Shown in pieces: positions 18,818-30,500 of a stretch of 54,209 nucleotides of DNA. A program made the position numbers and the translations under genes. Source of the stretch: a virus (lineage: Duplodnaviria; Caudoviricetes); IMG/VR virus record IMGVR_UViG_3300037458_000931, positions 1-54,209 of that record. One strand, 5' to 3'. Within the stretch, counting starts at the first letter, position 1, and each line of letters starts with the position of its first letter. The notes beneath the pieces were generated by a model, which was not told the origin of the DNA, made no database searches, and saw only the letters and a program-made list of their open reading frames with translations.

Positions 18818-20700
18818 GTGTAGAAAGCGCCATTAATAGCTTAATTGCAAGTTTGAAATCTATATCAGGCAGCACTCGCGGGCAGGCGACTAACTTAGTA
18901 AATCAGGCGGGGGCTACCTTTAATGGAGTCACCCCTCCTAAACTAAACCCAGTGCTGTTTGAAGTCGAGCGCACCACTACAGATAGTGTACGAGTGCCAC
19001 AGCCGCCGAACTTGAGTGATATTGTACAATTTGAAAATCCTGAGTTTAGCGGACTTCAAGATATTACGCCGTTTAAAGATAAATTTACGGCTAAGCCGCT
19101 TAAAATTTCTTTGCCTGGTACAGTAACTACTTTGTTGTCGGGTTTGCCTTCTTTTAGTAAGTCTGCGCCGCGCACACCAAGTTTAACGACAACTCCTGAT
19201 TTTTCACTGGCGGAGCAGGAGCCAGTATCACCGACGCTTACAATCCCTGGTGAATTTAGAATTAACCCTTTGTCCGGCGATCCGCCTAATGTACCGAAAC
19301 CAAAGTTTGAAAAATTCGATGGGGATTTTTTTGAAGAGTATGAAGCCGGTCTTAGGATTATGGCCCCGGATATGGAGTCATTTTCGCAATGGTTAAGCCA
19401 ACTTTATCAAGATGTTGTTGTTCGGCTGGATACAGTTTTTACTGCACGGATGCAAGGTATTTTGCGTGGGACAGAAACTGCCGTGCCAGATGACTGGAGT
19501 ACGCAACGCCATACACAAGCTATACAGGATTTACGAAGCGAACGGCAATCTGCTTTAACCACGTTGGACGACGCACCTTCTTCATTAACCGGGTTGCCTA
19601 CAGGTCAACGGTTATGGGCGCGGCTTGATTTGGAACTGAAAACCCTCCAAGGTACTACACAATCAGCTTCTAAAGTCGCGTTGGAACGGCGAAATAAAGA
19701 AGTAAAACATCTGCAATGGGCTATGCAGTTGTGTTCGCAATGGATTGAAGCTGCGTTGATGTTAAAGGCGCAAGAAGTTGGTTGGCGAATGAAAGGGGCG
19801 CAATTGGCGCTTGATGGGGCTTCGCAAGCGCTGGCGCTAGCTATAAAAGTCCTAGAGACCAAGGATAAGGAAATTGGCTTTTTTATTCAGTACAACGAAA
19901 CGCAGTCTCGCCGCACGGAGCTTCGGCTAAAGTTGGAGCAAACCAAGCTCACTGAAATGAAAACAGTGTTAGAGTCTAATCAATTAAAAAACACCTTTAA
20001 TCAACACCAACTTCAAGTGTATCAAGGGGCGATGGCGATTGTTGAACAGCGTACTCGGAAGTACCAAACGGAAACCGAATATCTTGCAACGCAACAGAAA
20101 TTGGAATTATTAAAATTGCGGATTTACGAAGCCCGCGTGAAGGCGTTTGATGCCAATGTGAAGGCGTTTGCTGCCGAACAGCAATCATTGACTGCCCGGA
20201 TTAAAGGGGATGTCGCCAGAATGGACGGGGAACTGGTTAAGGTTCGCCAGTACCAAGCACAAGTTAAGGCATTCGAGGCCGAAGTGGCCGGAATGTCTGC
20301 AACCGTGACTGCGCAAGCTGCACAAAATAACGCACTGTTGGAAGAATACAACGCGCTTCTTGACGGAAAGCTTTTGGAGCTCCAGTCGTTTGATACGGTG
20401 CTACGCTTGGCGGTAATGGCTATGCTGCAAGGATATGAGGCGGAGGCGGCGGAAATGTCTTTAGAACTGCAAGGACAGGATTTAGAAGATCGAGTTGTGT
20501 TAGATAATGCCCTACGTGAAATGCAAAAAGACCACACGGAAACTATTTTGGCTATTGAAGAATATGGAATATTGTTTGCTCAACGGCAGGCGGAAGGCGC
20601 AGTTATTAATCAGGGAGCAGGTACGGTAGGAAGTTTAGCCACGCAATCGTTCGCCGGGTTGAACGGCGTAGGGGCATTAGAAATTATGGAGAGTGCATAA
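18814..20700 (+). CDS. Coiled-coil internal virion/ejection-type protein A
   Basis: Pro-rich N-terminus then long heptad repeats (Y.A.V.A); similar layout to the next gene. Confidence 0.6.
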   Translation: MSVESAINSLIASLKSISGSTRGQATNLVNQAGATFNGVTPPKLNPVLFEVERTTTDSVRVPQPPNLSDIVQFENPEFSGLQDITPFKDKFTAKPLKISLPGTVTTLLSGLPSFSKSAPRTPSLTTTPDFSLAEQEPVSPTLTIPGEFRINPLSGDPPNVPKPKFEKFDGDFFEEYEAGLRIMAPDMESFSQWLSQLYQDVVVRLDTVFTARMQGILRGTETAVPDDWSTQRHTQAIQDLRSERQSALTTLDDAPSSLTGLPTGQRLWARLDLELKTLQGTTQSASKVALERRNKEVKHLQWAMQLCSQWIEAALMLKAQEVGWRMKGAQLALDGASQALALAIKVLETKDKEIGFFIQYNETQSRRTELRLKLEQTKLTEMKTVLESNQLKNTFNQHQLQVYQGAMAIVEQRTRKYQTETEYLATQQKLELLKLRIYEARVKAFDANVKAFAAEQQSLTARIKGDVARMDGELVKVRQYQAQVKAFEAEVAGMSATVTAQAAQNNALLEEYNALLDGKLLELQSFDTVLRLAVMAMLQGYEAEAAEMSLELQGQDLEDRVVLDNALREMQKDHTETILAIEEYGILFAQRQAEGAVINQGAGTVGSLATQSFAGLNGVGALEIMESA

Positions 20701-22622
20701 TGTCTGCTGAAAGCCAAATGGCGGCTATTTTAAGCCATGCAATTACAAATGCGAATAGCTTAACTGAATCGGCGCAGTCGCTGGTCAATCAGGCGGTTGG
20801 GGTTATTAGTGAGCCAGTTCGTATTCCTGAAATACCTAGAGTTATTCAAGCGAAAGGCCTGACAAATTTCGATGAGTTAAAATTTTCCCCATCTCAAACT
20901 GGACCTTCAAAGCCAGGGCTTCCTATTTTCCCTACTGTAACCCTTCCGCCGCTTCCATCACTGACGACTGTTGATGATATTGATACAGAGTTTGATGCGA
21001 CATTGGCGGCATTGCAGTTTCCGACATTCCAATATGCTTCGTTTGGCAACGCTCCTAAATTTTCACTGGCAGACCCGTCAGTAAGTTCCAGCGTAACTTT
21101 ACCAGCCACCCCTGACACGGCGTTGCCTGCATCCCCGACGTTGCAAAGTTTAACAGCATTACCTGCGGTGCAGATAAATGTTCCGCCTACTGAATTTGAG
21201 CCGCTTGATGTTGATTTGAATTTCGATCCAGGATTTTTTGATGCCCAGCTTAACAAATTCTCCGGGTCGATTTTCGGTGGGAATCAAGGGATTCGTGGGC
21301 TGGATGAGTTGATCGAAGAACTTTCTGCGATGTCTGATCAATCTTTTGGGCCGATTTTTACTGACTTCATTGATTTAATCGGGGCGCAATTAACGGATCG
21401 TTACCAAAGCCGGCTGACTTCTACCGAAACCAAAATTCAGCAAGGGCTGAATACAGCGATTGAGGAAGAAGCCAATCGAGTACGAGCGGCTTTCCAGGAT
21501 CGTTCAGGGTGGGACTTACCAGCGCTAGTACGAAACGCTCTTAGCACCACAATGGAACAGTCGATTAGCGCCTGGACTGCTCAGGCGCAGTCACAACAAG
21601 AAACGAATCAATGGGAACAAGCGCAAGATTTGTTTGAGTTGTCAGCTACGCTTTATGAAAAACTTCGGCGGGCTATCCAGGAGCTAAAAACCAAAGAACT
21701 GGAAATGGTCTTGGAAGCACACCGGCAATCTATTAAATATGCTCAACAAGTAACAGACGCTTTGTTGACTGCGTTTACTGTAGAGAACTATCAGATTTAC
21801 GACCTGGAATTTAAAGAAGCGGAGTTTAAACTGAGGCTGTTTGAAGAAGAACTGAAAGTTCAGTTGATTCAATACGAAGTGGTGTTTGCACAATTAGAAG
21901 TTGAGAAGGCCAAGCAGGAACAAGACGGGATGCTGGTGCAGCAATACCAGACTGAACTGCAACGGTTGGAGGCAGAGAACCGCGTATTGGCTTCGCAGGT
22001 GGCGATGGCAAGGACTGAACTGGAATTGAAGTCGTTGCCGGTAGAAGTCTTCGAAGCGCAGATTCGTTCTTTTGGTTCTAGGGTCAATGCGTATGAAGCC
22101 CAAGTCAATGCCCTGGTAGCGGAAATTAGTGGAAACACGGCACTGATTGAAGCGGAAACAGCAAAGATAAAAGGGTATGAAGCACAAGCGGATGCTTTCA
22201 TTGCCCAAGTCAATGCCAGCCGGGCGATTATTCAGTCACAAAAGCAGCGGAATGACGCGGTGCTGGAGGAACTTAAAGCCAAGGTAAAAGCGGCAATGGC
22301 CCCAGTAGAAATTTCCACATCTCAAGCAAAGTATGATCTAGCCGCGTATGAAACAGCGGCTAAGGATTATTTGGTAGACGCTCGGGCCACTTTGGAAAAA
22401 GCCAAGCTGGATGATGAATGGCGGCAAGAAGAACAGAAGGGGCTTTTCGAGGCGTACAAAGTTACTCGTGAGCAAGCAATTACAATAGCCCAAAAGAAAT
22501 TGCAGATTCTTGAATCGCTTGCAAAAGTGAATGGGGAAGGTGCGCAAATCATGGCCCAAATGGCAGGTGGGGCTATGTCTGCTGCGAATGGAATTGCTAA
22601 TGTTATTTTTGATGAGAGTTAA
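20700..22622 (+). CDS. Coiled-coil internal virion/ejection-type protein B
   Basis: Same architecture as 18814..20700, with GWDLP matching GLP and an AMSAANG C-terminus. Confidence 0.6.
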   Translation: MSAESQMAAILSHAITNANSLTESAQSLVNQAVGVISEPVRIPEIPRVIQAKGLTNFDELKFSPSQTGPSKPGLPIFPTVTLPPLPSLTTVDDIDTEFDATLAALQFPTFQYASFGNAPKFSLADPSVSSSVTLPATPDTALPASPTLQSLTALPAVQINVPPTEFEPLDVDLNFDPGFFDAQLNKFSGSIFGGNQGIRGLDELIEELSAMSDQSFGPIFTDFIDLIGAQLTDRYQSRLTSTETKIQQGLNTAIEEEANRVRAAFQDRSGWDLPALVRNALSTTMEQSISAWTAQAQSQQETNQWEQAQDLFELSATLYEKLRRAIQELKTKELEMVLEAHRQSIKYAQQVTDALLTAFTVENYQIYDLEFKEAEFKLRLFEEELKVQLIQYEVVFAQLEVEKAKQEQDGMLVQQYQTELQRLEAENRVLASQVAMARTELELKSLPVEVFEAQIRSFGSRVNAYEAQVNALVAEISGNTALIEAETAKIKGYEAQADAFIAQVNASRAIIQSQKQRNDAVLEELKAKVKAAMAPVEISTSQAKYDLAAYETAAKDYLVDARATLEKAKLDDEWRQEEQKGLFEAYKVTREQAITIAQKKLQILESLAKVNGEGAQIMAQMAGGAMSAANGIANVIFDES

Positions 22623-22642
22623 ACTACAACCGGAGAAGTGTT

Positions 22643-22879
22643 ATGCCTTTAGAGCAACTTATTAAAGCTGGTAAAAAGATGTACGATGCAATGCCAAAAG
22701 GAAAAGGGCCAGACCCTGAAATCCCTGTGCCAGGGAGGCAAAGAGCTTCTGCCCCTCCACCACCGAAAGTTACTAACCAATCAAGAGCGAATGTCGCTGC
22801 TGATACGTTAAAGGTTCCGGGGCGGGACGTGGTGCGAGGGGCTATGGCGAAACGGAAGAAGATGCTGGATGAGCTTTAA
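22643..22879 (+). CDS. Small basic protein
   Basis: GGAG RBS, K/P-rich 78 aa. Confidence 0.65.
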   Translation: MPLEQLIKAGKKMYDAMPKGKGPDPEIPVPGRQRASAPPPPKVTNQSRANVAADTLKVPGRDVVRGAMAKRKKMLDEL

Positions 22880-22887
22880 TTGATAAC

Positions 22888-22910
22888 AGCCAGTACATGG
22901 AGTACTGGCT
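22888..22910. other. Intergenic stem-loop
   Basis: AGCCAGTAC-atgga-GTACTGGCT perfect 9-bp stem with no U-tract. Confidence 0.55.
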
Positions 22911-22934
22911 ATCACATAACTGCGAGGTATTGCT

Positions 22935-24158
22935 ATGGCTACGTTTTTTGATAGGTTTGCTAAAATGCGTGAGGAAGGCTTAGCAGCTACTCGTGCGGCT
23001 AATAAACCAAACATGCTTGGTGTTCGTCCACAAAATAAAGCGTATGAAAGTGCCCCAACACCTTTAAGCACCGTTAAAGATTTTGTAGAAAATCGCCGAG
23101 TAGCATTGAGATCTCCACAACCTAAACCTACTGTACCTACTACTTTAGCAAATAATGTTCTTACACCTTCTTCAGCAGAAGATGCAGTCCGTCGGTCGCG
23201 TATGCCTGTTAATACCATCGCTCGCCCCGAAGGTGTTGCGAATATACAGCGGGGTACGGAAGTAGTTGAAGCACCTATCACAAACATGCAGCAAGCTGAA
23301 AGGGCACGAATAGCCGGAATTAAAGGCCGTATCTCTCCTGAAAATCCTTACGGGGCTGATGTAGTTGGTGGTAATATGCGCACAGGGCAGGTGCAAGGAA
23401 TATCTACCCAAGAACAAGCTGACCGTAATTTACAATCTCGTTTTGAGCAGGATGCAAATGCAAACAAAATGGCTGCAAGTTTTGACCGCTCCACCGAGGC
23501 ATTAAGAGACCTCCGAGCGGAACGTATGGGAATACCGCGTAGTCAATTAGATATACGTGAAGGTAGAGTAGCCGGTTCTGGGACTGCTGCCCCGCAAGAG
23601 GGTGGACAATTCGGGGATGAGATTTTAGATCGGGATAGATTCTTACGGCAGTTCCAAGCAGCTCCTGGGTCGCTCGGTGGGGCGAAGAGACGGGCGCAGG
23701 CTAATACTATCGCCGCGCAGCAAATGTGGGATGCAAACCAGCAGGCTATGCAGAGGCCTGTAGCGCAAGCGCCGACGGTAAATCCTTTGGATGAAAAACG
23801 ACTTTTGGTTGATATGCAAAATAACGCTGCAAGGCAAGGTGTTGATAGAGAGCGCTTGCTTATTGATAAAGGTAATTTGCAGAATCAAACTGCAAAGACA
23901 AGCTTGGAAGAAAAGAAACAAGACATTGAGGCGAAAAGTGTTTTTACTGAAAATTTCTCAATTGGTAAAGAAGGTGCTCCAGATAAAGAATTAGCTACGG
24001 GTGCTTGGGAAATATCTAAAGCAACTGGTGTTCCGGCGGAGATTGTACAAGGGTATATGCAGCGATCAGATTTTGACTGGAAGAATGGGCCACCTGCAAA
24101 CATGACTAAGTACCTTGAGAATATAACGGCTCAAATAACCAGAGATCACAAAGGATAA
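22935..24158 (+). CDS. Putative internal virion (ejection) protein
   Basis: GAGGT RBS; A/Q/R-rich, low-complexity helical sequence, upstream of the giant protein. Confidence 0.6.
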   Translation: MATFFDRFAKMREEGLAATRAANKPNMLGVRPQNKAYESAPTPLSTVKDFVENRRVALRSPQPKPTVPTTLANNVLTPSSAEDAVRRSRMPVNTIARPEGVANIQRGTEVVEAPITNMQQAERARIAGIKGRISPENPYGADVVGGNMRTGQVQGISTQEQADRNLQSRFEQDANANKMAASFDRSTEALRDLRAERMGIPRSQLDIREGRVAGSGTAAPQEGGQFGDEILDRDRFLRQFQAAPGSLGGAKRRAQANTIAAQQMWDANQQAMQRPVAQAPTVNPLDEKRLLVDMQNNAARQGVDRERLLIDKGNLQNQTAKTSLEEKKQDIEAKSVFTENFSIGKEGAPDKELATGAWEISKATGVPAEIVQGYMQRSDFDWKNGPPANMTKYLENITAQITRDHKG

Positions 24159-24162
24159 TAAA

Positions 24163-24327
24163 ATGCCCAAACAATACGAGGCAGTACGAGATAAAATCGC
24201 CAAGGGCGCTAAGAAAGATAGCCCGGCTTATGACAAGGCGCAGTCTCAGGCGGCGGCTATTTTTGTCGGGCAGGGTAAAACCAAAAAGGCCCGCAGCCAG
24301 CGAGCGAAGTCACTTAAGAAGGACTGA
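24163..24327 (+). CDS. Small basic protein (54 aa), absent from the ORF track
   Basis: AAGGA RBS; MPKQYEAVRDKIAKG...AAAIF...RAKSLKKD. Confidence 0.65.
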   Translation: MPKQYEAVRDKIAKGAKKDSPAYDKAQSQAAAIFVGQGKTKKARSQRAKSLKKD

Positions 24328-24331
24328 TGAA

Positions 24332-24529
24332 ATGAGTCCACACGAAAAGCTTCGAGCGCTAATTGATAATCTCAACAAGCAGTCCCGCCTCCCTACCGGC
24401 GGCGACGGGCGAATGACAGCGGAGGCGCTTAATACTTCTGCTATTGCCAAGGGGCAAGCGATTGATAGATACAAACCAGGGAAGGTTGCACAGACAAGAC
24501 CCTTAAAAGAATTACAAAATAAACGGTAA
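24332..24529 (+). CDS. Small hypothetical protein
   Basis: AAGGA RBS before ATG 24332; 65 aa. Confidence 0.6.
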   Translation: MSPHEKLRALIDNLNKQSRLPTGGDGRMTAEALNTSAIAKGQAIDRYKPGKVAQTRPLKELQNKR

Positions 24530-24535
24530 CATAAA

Positions 24536-24566
24536 TACGAAACTGTTTGTCAATTTCGTACATACA
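24536..24566. promoter_or_regulatory. Palindromic motif, copy 1
   Basis: TACGAAACTG-N5-CAATTTCGTA-CATACA just upstream of the giant gene; related copies at 36409, 42851, 47863 and 52769. Confidence 0.6.
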
Positions 24567-24577
24567 CAGGTGATAAC

Positions 24578-27500
24578 ATGGCTGCGTCTAACATCATTAA
24601 CCCGTATGAGCAAATCTGGAAAACCCGTGATCTTCGTGCGTTAAACACTCCAGTGGAGATTGATAATAAACTCCCTGAGTGGCGGAGGGGATTGGGTGCC
24701 TTCGGGAAAGAGATGCAGGCAACAGGCTATGGACTTGTGGGCTTAGGTGCGCAAGGGGTAGAGAATCTTATTGGGGAAAATGCTGTAACCAGCGGGCTTA
24801 CAGATTGGGGTATTGAAGGGTATAATAAGGCTATACAAGAAAGTCAAAGTGGATTAAATGCACCGAGCATTGCGAGGGTGGAAGATATTAAAAACGCTTC
24901 AGACGCTATGGACTGGGCTGGATACCAATTAGGTAAAGGTATTCCGATGCTTGGTACATTGGCGTTAAGCGGTGGTATTGGTGGGGCAGTTGCTCGGATT
25001 GGTGCAAATCAAGGAGTTAAAGCACTTGCAAAGAGTGCTGTTGGAGACCTAGTTAAAAAGACTGTTGCTACTAAGGCTATACAAGCGGCTGAGGGACAAG
25101 TTGTAACGCAGGCTATGAAACAGGCTGCAGCTACCGCCTTAAGGGATACGTTTTCTAAGGGCGCTATCGCCGGCGGATTTACAGGGAGCTTTGGGCTGGA
25201 AGGTGGACTTGCGTTTGGTGAACAAGTTGCTGAAGGGGTAAACCCGGCTGACGCTGTTAAAAGCGCTATTGCAGTGGGTGGTATTAACGGGGCGCTGGAG
25301 TTCTTGCCGTTTTACTCGGCGGCGAAGAGCATTGGGATGGGGTCGTATGCTAAAAAGAGTATTGCCAAAGTTATTGCAGATAACCCTGAACTTTCAAAAC
25401 GTGCCATTGGCTTGGCTAAGGAAATTGGTGGCCGAGCCGCTAAAGGTGCAGCCGTTGGTGCCGGGGCGGAGGGTATTACAGAAGGGTTGCAAGAGCTTGT
25501 CTCTATCGCCGGCCTCCGGTGGGCGGAGAATGAGCCGCTGTTTGCTGATTTAACTCCTGAAGATTGGGGACGGATTAAGAACGCAGCGGCGGCTGGTGCG
25601 CTGGTCGGTGGAGCTGCGATGGGTGCAGGGGCTACTGTTGGCGGGCTACAAGCACAAGAAACTGCTCCACCTCCTGCCGGGACTCCGCCTGCACAAACTG
25701 GAACTCTGCCTGTAACACCACCAACTGATCAAACCAGAACGCAAGACCTTGAGGCTATGCGGAGTAGGATAGATGCGGCTTTGGCAGAAGCACAGGCCGC
25801 CGGGAATACGGCGGGGGTGGAAGAACTGCAACAGATAAGGGCGCGGTTTGATAGTGAGTTGGGTGTGGAAACGCCTGTTCAAGAAACACCGGGACAAGTG
25901 GCTCCTGTGCAAGAAGCTCCTGTTGAAATTCCTCCCGTTATCCAAACTATACCTCCGACTCAAGAGATAACCCCGCCGGTGCAGGAAACTCCGCTGGATA
26001 TTCCGCCAGTCGAGGAGCAAGTACCAGTTGTAAGTCCTAATATACCTCCCGTTACGCAGCCCCCAGTCCTACCTCGGCCCGGCGAGACTGTTCAGTTAAA
26101 GCGTGGGGAAGAGGTTATACTTACCCCGCCGGGTCAACCTGAAACAAGAGTTATTCCTACTGAGGAAGAAAAAGCTAAGCTGCAGCAGTTGTTGGGAGAA
26201 CGTCCAACTAAACCAGAGGTAATTCCAAATGCCGAAGAAGTGCAAACCCAAACCGAAGCCCCGGTAAACACCCGGTTCTCAATGCCTCGCCGAAAAGGAA
26301 CAAAATATACTATTAAAGCTTATCATGGAACGCCTGATGATACATTCGCTGAATTTGATGCTAAAGAGTCAGGTAAGAATTCTGGAAATACAGGATTAAA
26401 TGGAGCAGGTTTTTATTTTACACCCGATAAAGAGACAGCTTCAAGCTATGGTAAGAATGTAATTAGTGCATCTCTTGAACTAAATAATCCACTTATTACT
26501 GAAGACTTTGCAGCATACGAAGGTAATGAGGCAAGTGATGAAGAATTTTTAGCTGCAGCAGATGTAAACTTTAATGCGTTAGGATCAGTATTTGATAATA
26601 ATCCAGAATTATCTATAGAACAAAAAAATATAGCTAAGGCTAAATTAAATGAGTTTAAGACAACAGGAATGGGTGGTGAATTACTTTTAACCTTTATGGA
26701 TGTGTATAAAGAAGCAGTAGGTCCACTTGAAGTAAACGATGCACCTACTAAATTATCTGATATGGCTAAACAGGCAGGATATGATAGTATTACTGCTAAT
26801 TATAATGGAGAACCTTTAGAAATTGTAGTATTCGATCCTAAACAAATTAAAAAGTCTAAGCCCCGCCGGCAAGCCACCGAAGCCACAATGGAGGAATTTG
26901 AGGCTGTTCGGAAGCAGTTTCAAGAGCGCCAAGCGCAGGAAACCCCATTTAAAAACTGGTTCGGTAAAGGGACTCCCGGCGTAACGGCAGACTCCGCCGG
27001 GACACCCATTACTTTATACCACGGTACTAACAACCCGGTGTTTAATGAGTGGGATTCGAGTCGCGCCGGCGAAGCCAGCTCCCACCCGACCAGCGGGTTA
27101 GGATTCTTCATGACCGCTGATAAGGGGGCGGCTGCAAGATATGGCAACAACCTTATGGCGTTACATGCTAAGATTCAAAATCCTTACGAATTAACCGACG
27201 CTGACTTAACGAGTATTGAGACTAAAGAAGATGCAGCCAAGCTCCGTAAAAAGCTTATGGCTAAAGGCTATGACGGGGCGATTGTGAAAGCACCGGGAGC
27301 TAAGCCTTATGTTATTGCGTTTGATAGTAAACAGGTGAAGTTTGTTACGAATGAGAAGCCTACAGACTCGGAGGATTTTAGGTACTCGATGCCGAAAGGG
27401 AGATTTTACTCCGGACTTTCTCGTGCTGTTGAGGGGTTATCACAGAAAAAAGCTTCTGGTACACAATGGGCTTCTATGTTGAATAACATGGTTAGTAAGG

Positions 27501-30500
27501 GGCAGATTAAAAAAGAAGAACTTGACTGGATGGGAGTTGATGAGTGGTTGAAAGAACAAGGTGTTGTGAGTAAAGAAGATGTTTTGAAATTTGTTAAGGA
27601 TAATGAAGTTAAAGTAACTGAAACATTGTTGGGCGCAGGTGAGCCAAAGATTACATTAAATGATGAAACTAATAAATGGGAAGTATATGATCTGTCTGGA
27701 AAGTTAATTGGAACAGTAGATAATATAAAAGATAGCTCGGATAAGGAAGCAAAAAGATTTGGTGATGAAATAGAAACTGTTTTAAAACCACTTGATTTTT
27801 TAAATACTCAATATATAGATAAGACTAGAAATAAAAAATGGACACTAGCTGGTGGAAAAAATCACCGGGAGATAGTTATAACAAGTCCTAATATTCAGCC
27901 ATATAACACTGAAGATAAGATACATTACGGCGACATTAAAGAAGGTCGTGCAATAGCGTGGATAAGGTTTAATGACCGTACTGACGAAGATGGAAAGAAG
28001 TTGTTGTTTATTGAAGAGATACAAAGTAAACGCCACCAAGAGGGAAGTAAACAAGGATATATTAAAGAGTGGACTGCACAAAAATTATTAGATGATAAAA
28101 ATTTTACGATAGCACCTGAAACCTTTGAAGGAGAAACTGAGTGGTTTGTTCGAGAAAAGGAAGATGGTGCTCTTATTGCTGCAGGAGATACAAAAGAACA
28201 AGCTATTGAAAAAGCAGTAAAAAGTCTAAATAAATATGCCAATGGGAAAGTACCTATTGCACCTTTTCAGCAAACCATCTCTGGGTCTTCAAGCACTCTG
28301 TCAGGTTGGGCAGGGTTAGGCTTTAAACGTATGCTACGTTACGCGGCGGAAAATGGTTATGATAGGGTTGGATGGACGACTGGAAAACAGCAGGCAGAAA
28401 GATACGAGCAAGCAGGACGTGATTATTTAATAAACCTTTATGATCGCCAGTTACCGAAGGAGATTAACAAATACGTTAAGAAGTGGGGAGCAGAGGTTGG
28501 AACTACACAAATAAAAGTAGGTGATAAACAGTCTACCGCTGTCCACAGCGTAGACATAACCCTGGCGATGAAAGAGTCGGTGATGCAGGGGCAACCGTTA
28601 TTTAGCTTCGCCGGGCCACGAGCTGCTACTGCTGATTTAATGTCTTTAGAGACTGCACAAAATCGTATAGAAAAAGGAGACAATCCTGAAGTTGTGCGTC
28701 AACAAACCGGCTGGCATCAAGGAGCTGATAAGAAATGGAGATTTGAAATCTCTGATAAGGATATGAAGTGGAAACAATCGTTTGATTCTATTCCTGAATC
28801 AGAATTTTTTAAAGATGAAAAAGCAATTCCGTTAAGCGAAGTTATTGATCATCCTAAGTTGTTTGCAGCTTATCCCTTTTTGGAAGCAATTAAGTTAATA
28901 AAAAGAAAAGCACTTTTTGATATTGACCAAAGAACTCAAGGGTATTTTAGCGACGATAAACTGGAGATTGTTGTTACCCCTTACGCAAAAGATCCACTGT
29001 CAACTATACTCCATGAGATTCAACATGCTATTCAAATGTATGAGGGATTTGCTAAGGGTGGTAATGAGAATTCGGTTTGGGAATCGCTGCCTGTAGAAAC
29101 GAAAGAGAATGTTGCTAAAGGGGTGATGGAAAAACTGAATGAACAAATTTATCAATTAAAAGAAGCTATCGAAACCGCTGTTTTTTTAGAGAAAAATATT
29201 GATTTTATTATAGATTATGATAACGCAATTAGTATTCGTGATAAGGCGTATGCTGAATACATGGTTTATGAGAATCTTCCTCGTGAAAATAAAACCCGCC
29301 AAGAAAAATTAAAAGTATGGAGGGAAGCGATGAATGATGTGGGTCATGTGGAAAAAGTTATTGCAGGTTTATTGGGTAGTGATCGTGGGTTAGGTAGTCT
29401 TCCTTTTAAAACTTTTTCAGTTTTAAGTAAATTTATAGATTTCATAAAGAAGGATGACTCAAAAAAAGAAATCACAAAATACAAATTTAAACTTAACGTA
29501 GAGATCACCGATATCCTCGAGAAAATCGCTGCGATAAGATCCGGTAATGAAAAGGCTATTCGTGCGGAAGCAAATCTTTACGAGTTTTACAAAAAGCTCG
29601 CCGGCGAAACCGAAGCTCGCCTAACCCAAGCCCGGCAAGGCATGACTGAGGAAGAACGGAAGGAACGCTCTCCGCAGTCCATGCAGGAATACCCCGACGA
29701 AGAGCAAATTGTTGTTATGCAAGGGGGACAGTCGTTAAGTGCTGAGCAAGGGTCCCCAATTCGTCCGGTTACTCCAGACGAATTACGTGCTAACGTAAAT
29801 TCTGTAATGGGTGAGAACTGGATACAGCAAGCGGAGGCCGCCGGGATTATCGAAGTCATTGACGGAGCTGGCACACGCGGCGAGTCAGGCTCGTGGGCGG
29901 GAGACAAGTTTAGATTATACACTCAAACCATGCCGGCGGACGGTTCACCTTTAGGTGTGCTGTTGCATGAAGGTAGCCATGCCCCTACGTTTAACGAAAT
30001 ACTTGGGGATAGTCTGGAAGGATATTTAAAGGACCTCGATACCCTTGCTGAGAATGGTAATGAAACAGCCAGGAACGCCATCGCGCAAGCAACTATCGCT
30101 GTGGCTGATGTGCTTGGGATTAAGCATAATCTCATGCAGGGTGGGAATAAGACGGACCTTAAAAACGTGCAGGCATTAATTGAGGAACGCCGGCCAGGGC
30201 TATTAGCGGAAGAAAAGCTGGCGTATTTTATTCAGTACGCTGCGGAAACTAAAGACGGGGCGGGATTTTTAAAGAGATTAATAAACGCAATTAAAGCTTG
30301 GTTTGCACAAACGCAACTTGGGCAAGCGCTTAAACAAGCCGGGATTGGGTTTGAGTTAAACGAGGCAATGGCTGTTGAATGGGCGAAGGCGAGCTTGAGA
30401 AACAGCTTGGCTGAGGCACAACAAGCCGCGAGGGCAAGGGAATTGGTTATTGCTGAAGCGAAGGAGATGCCGCCGAGTGTGAGATTAGGGCGGGCGCTTG

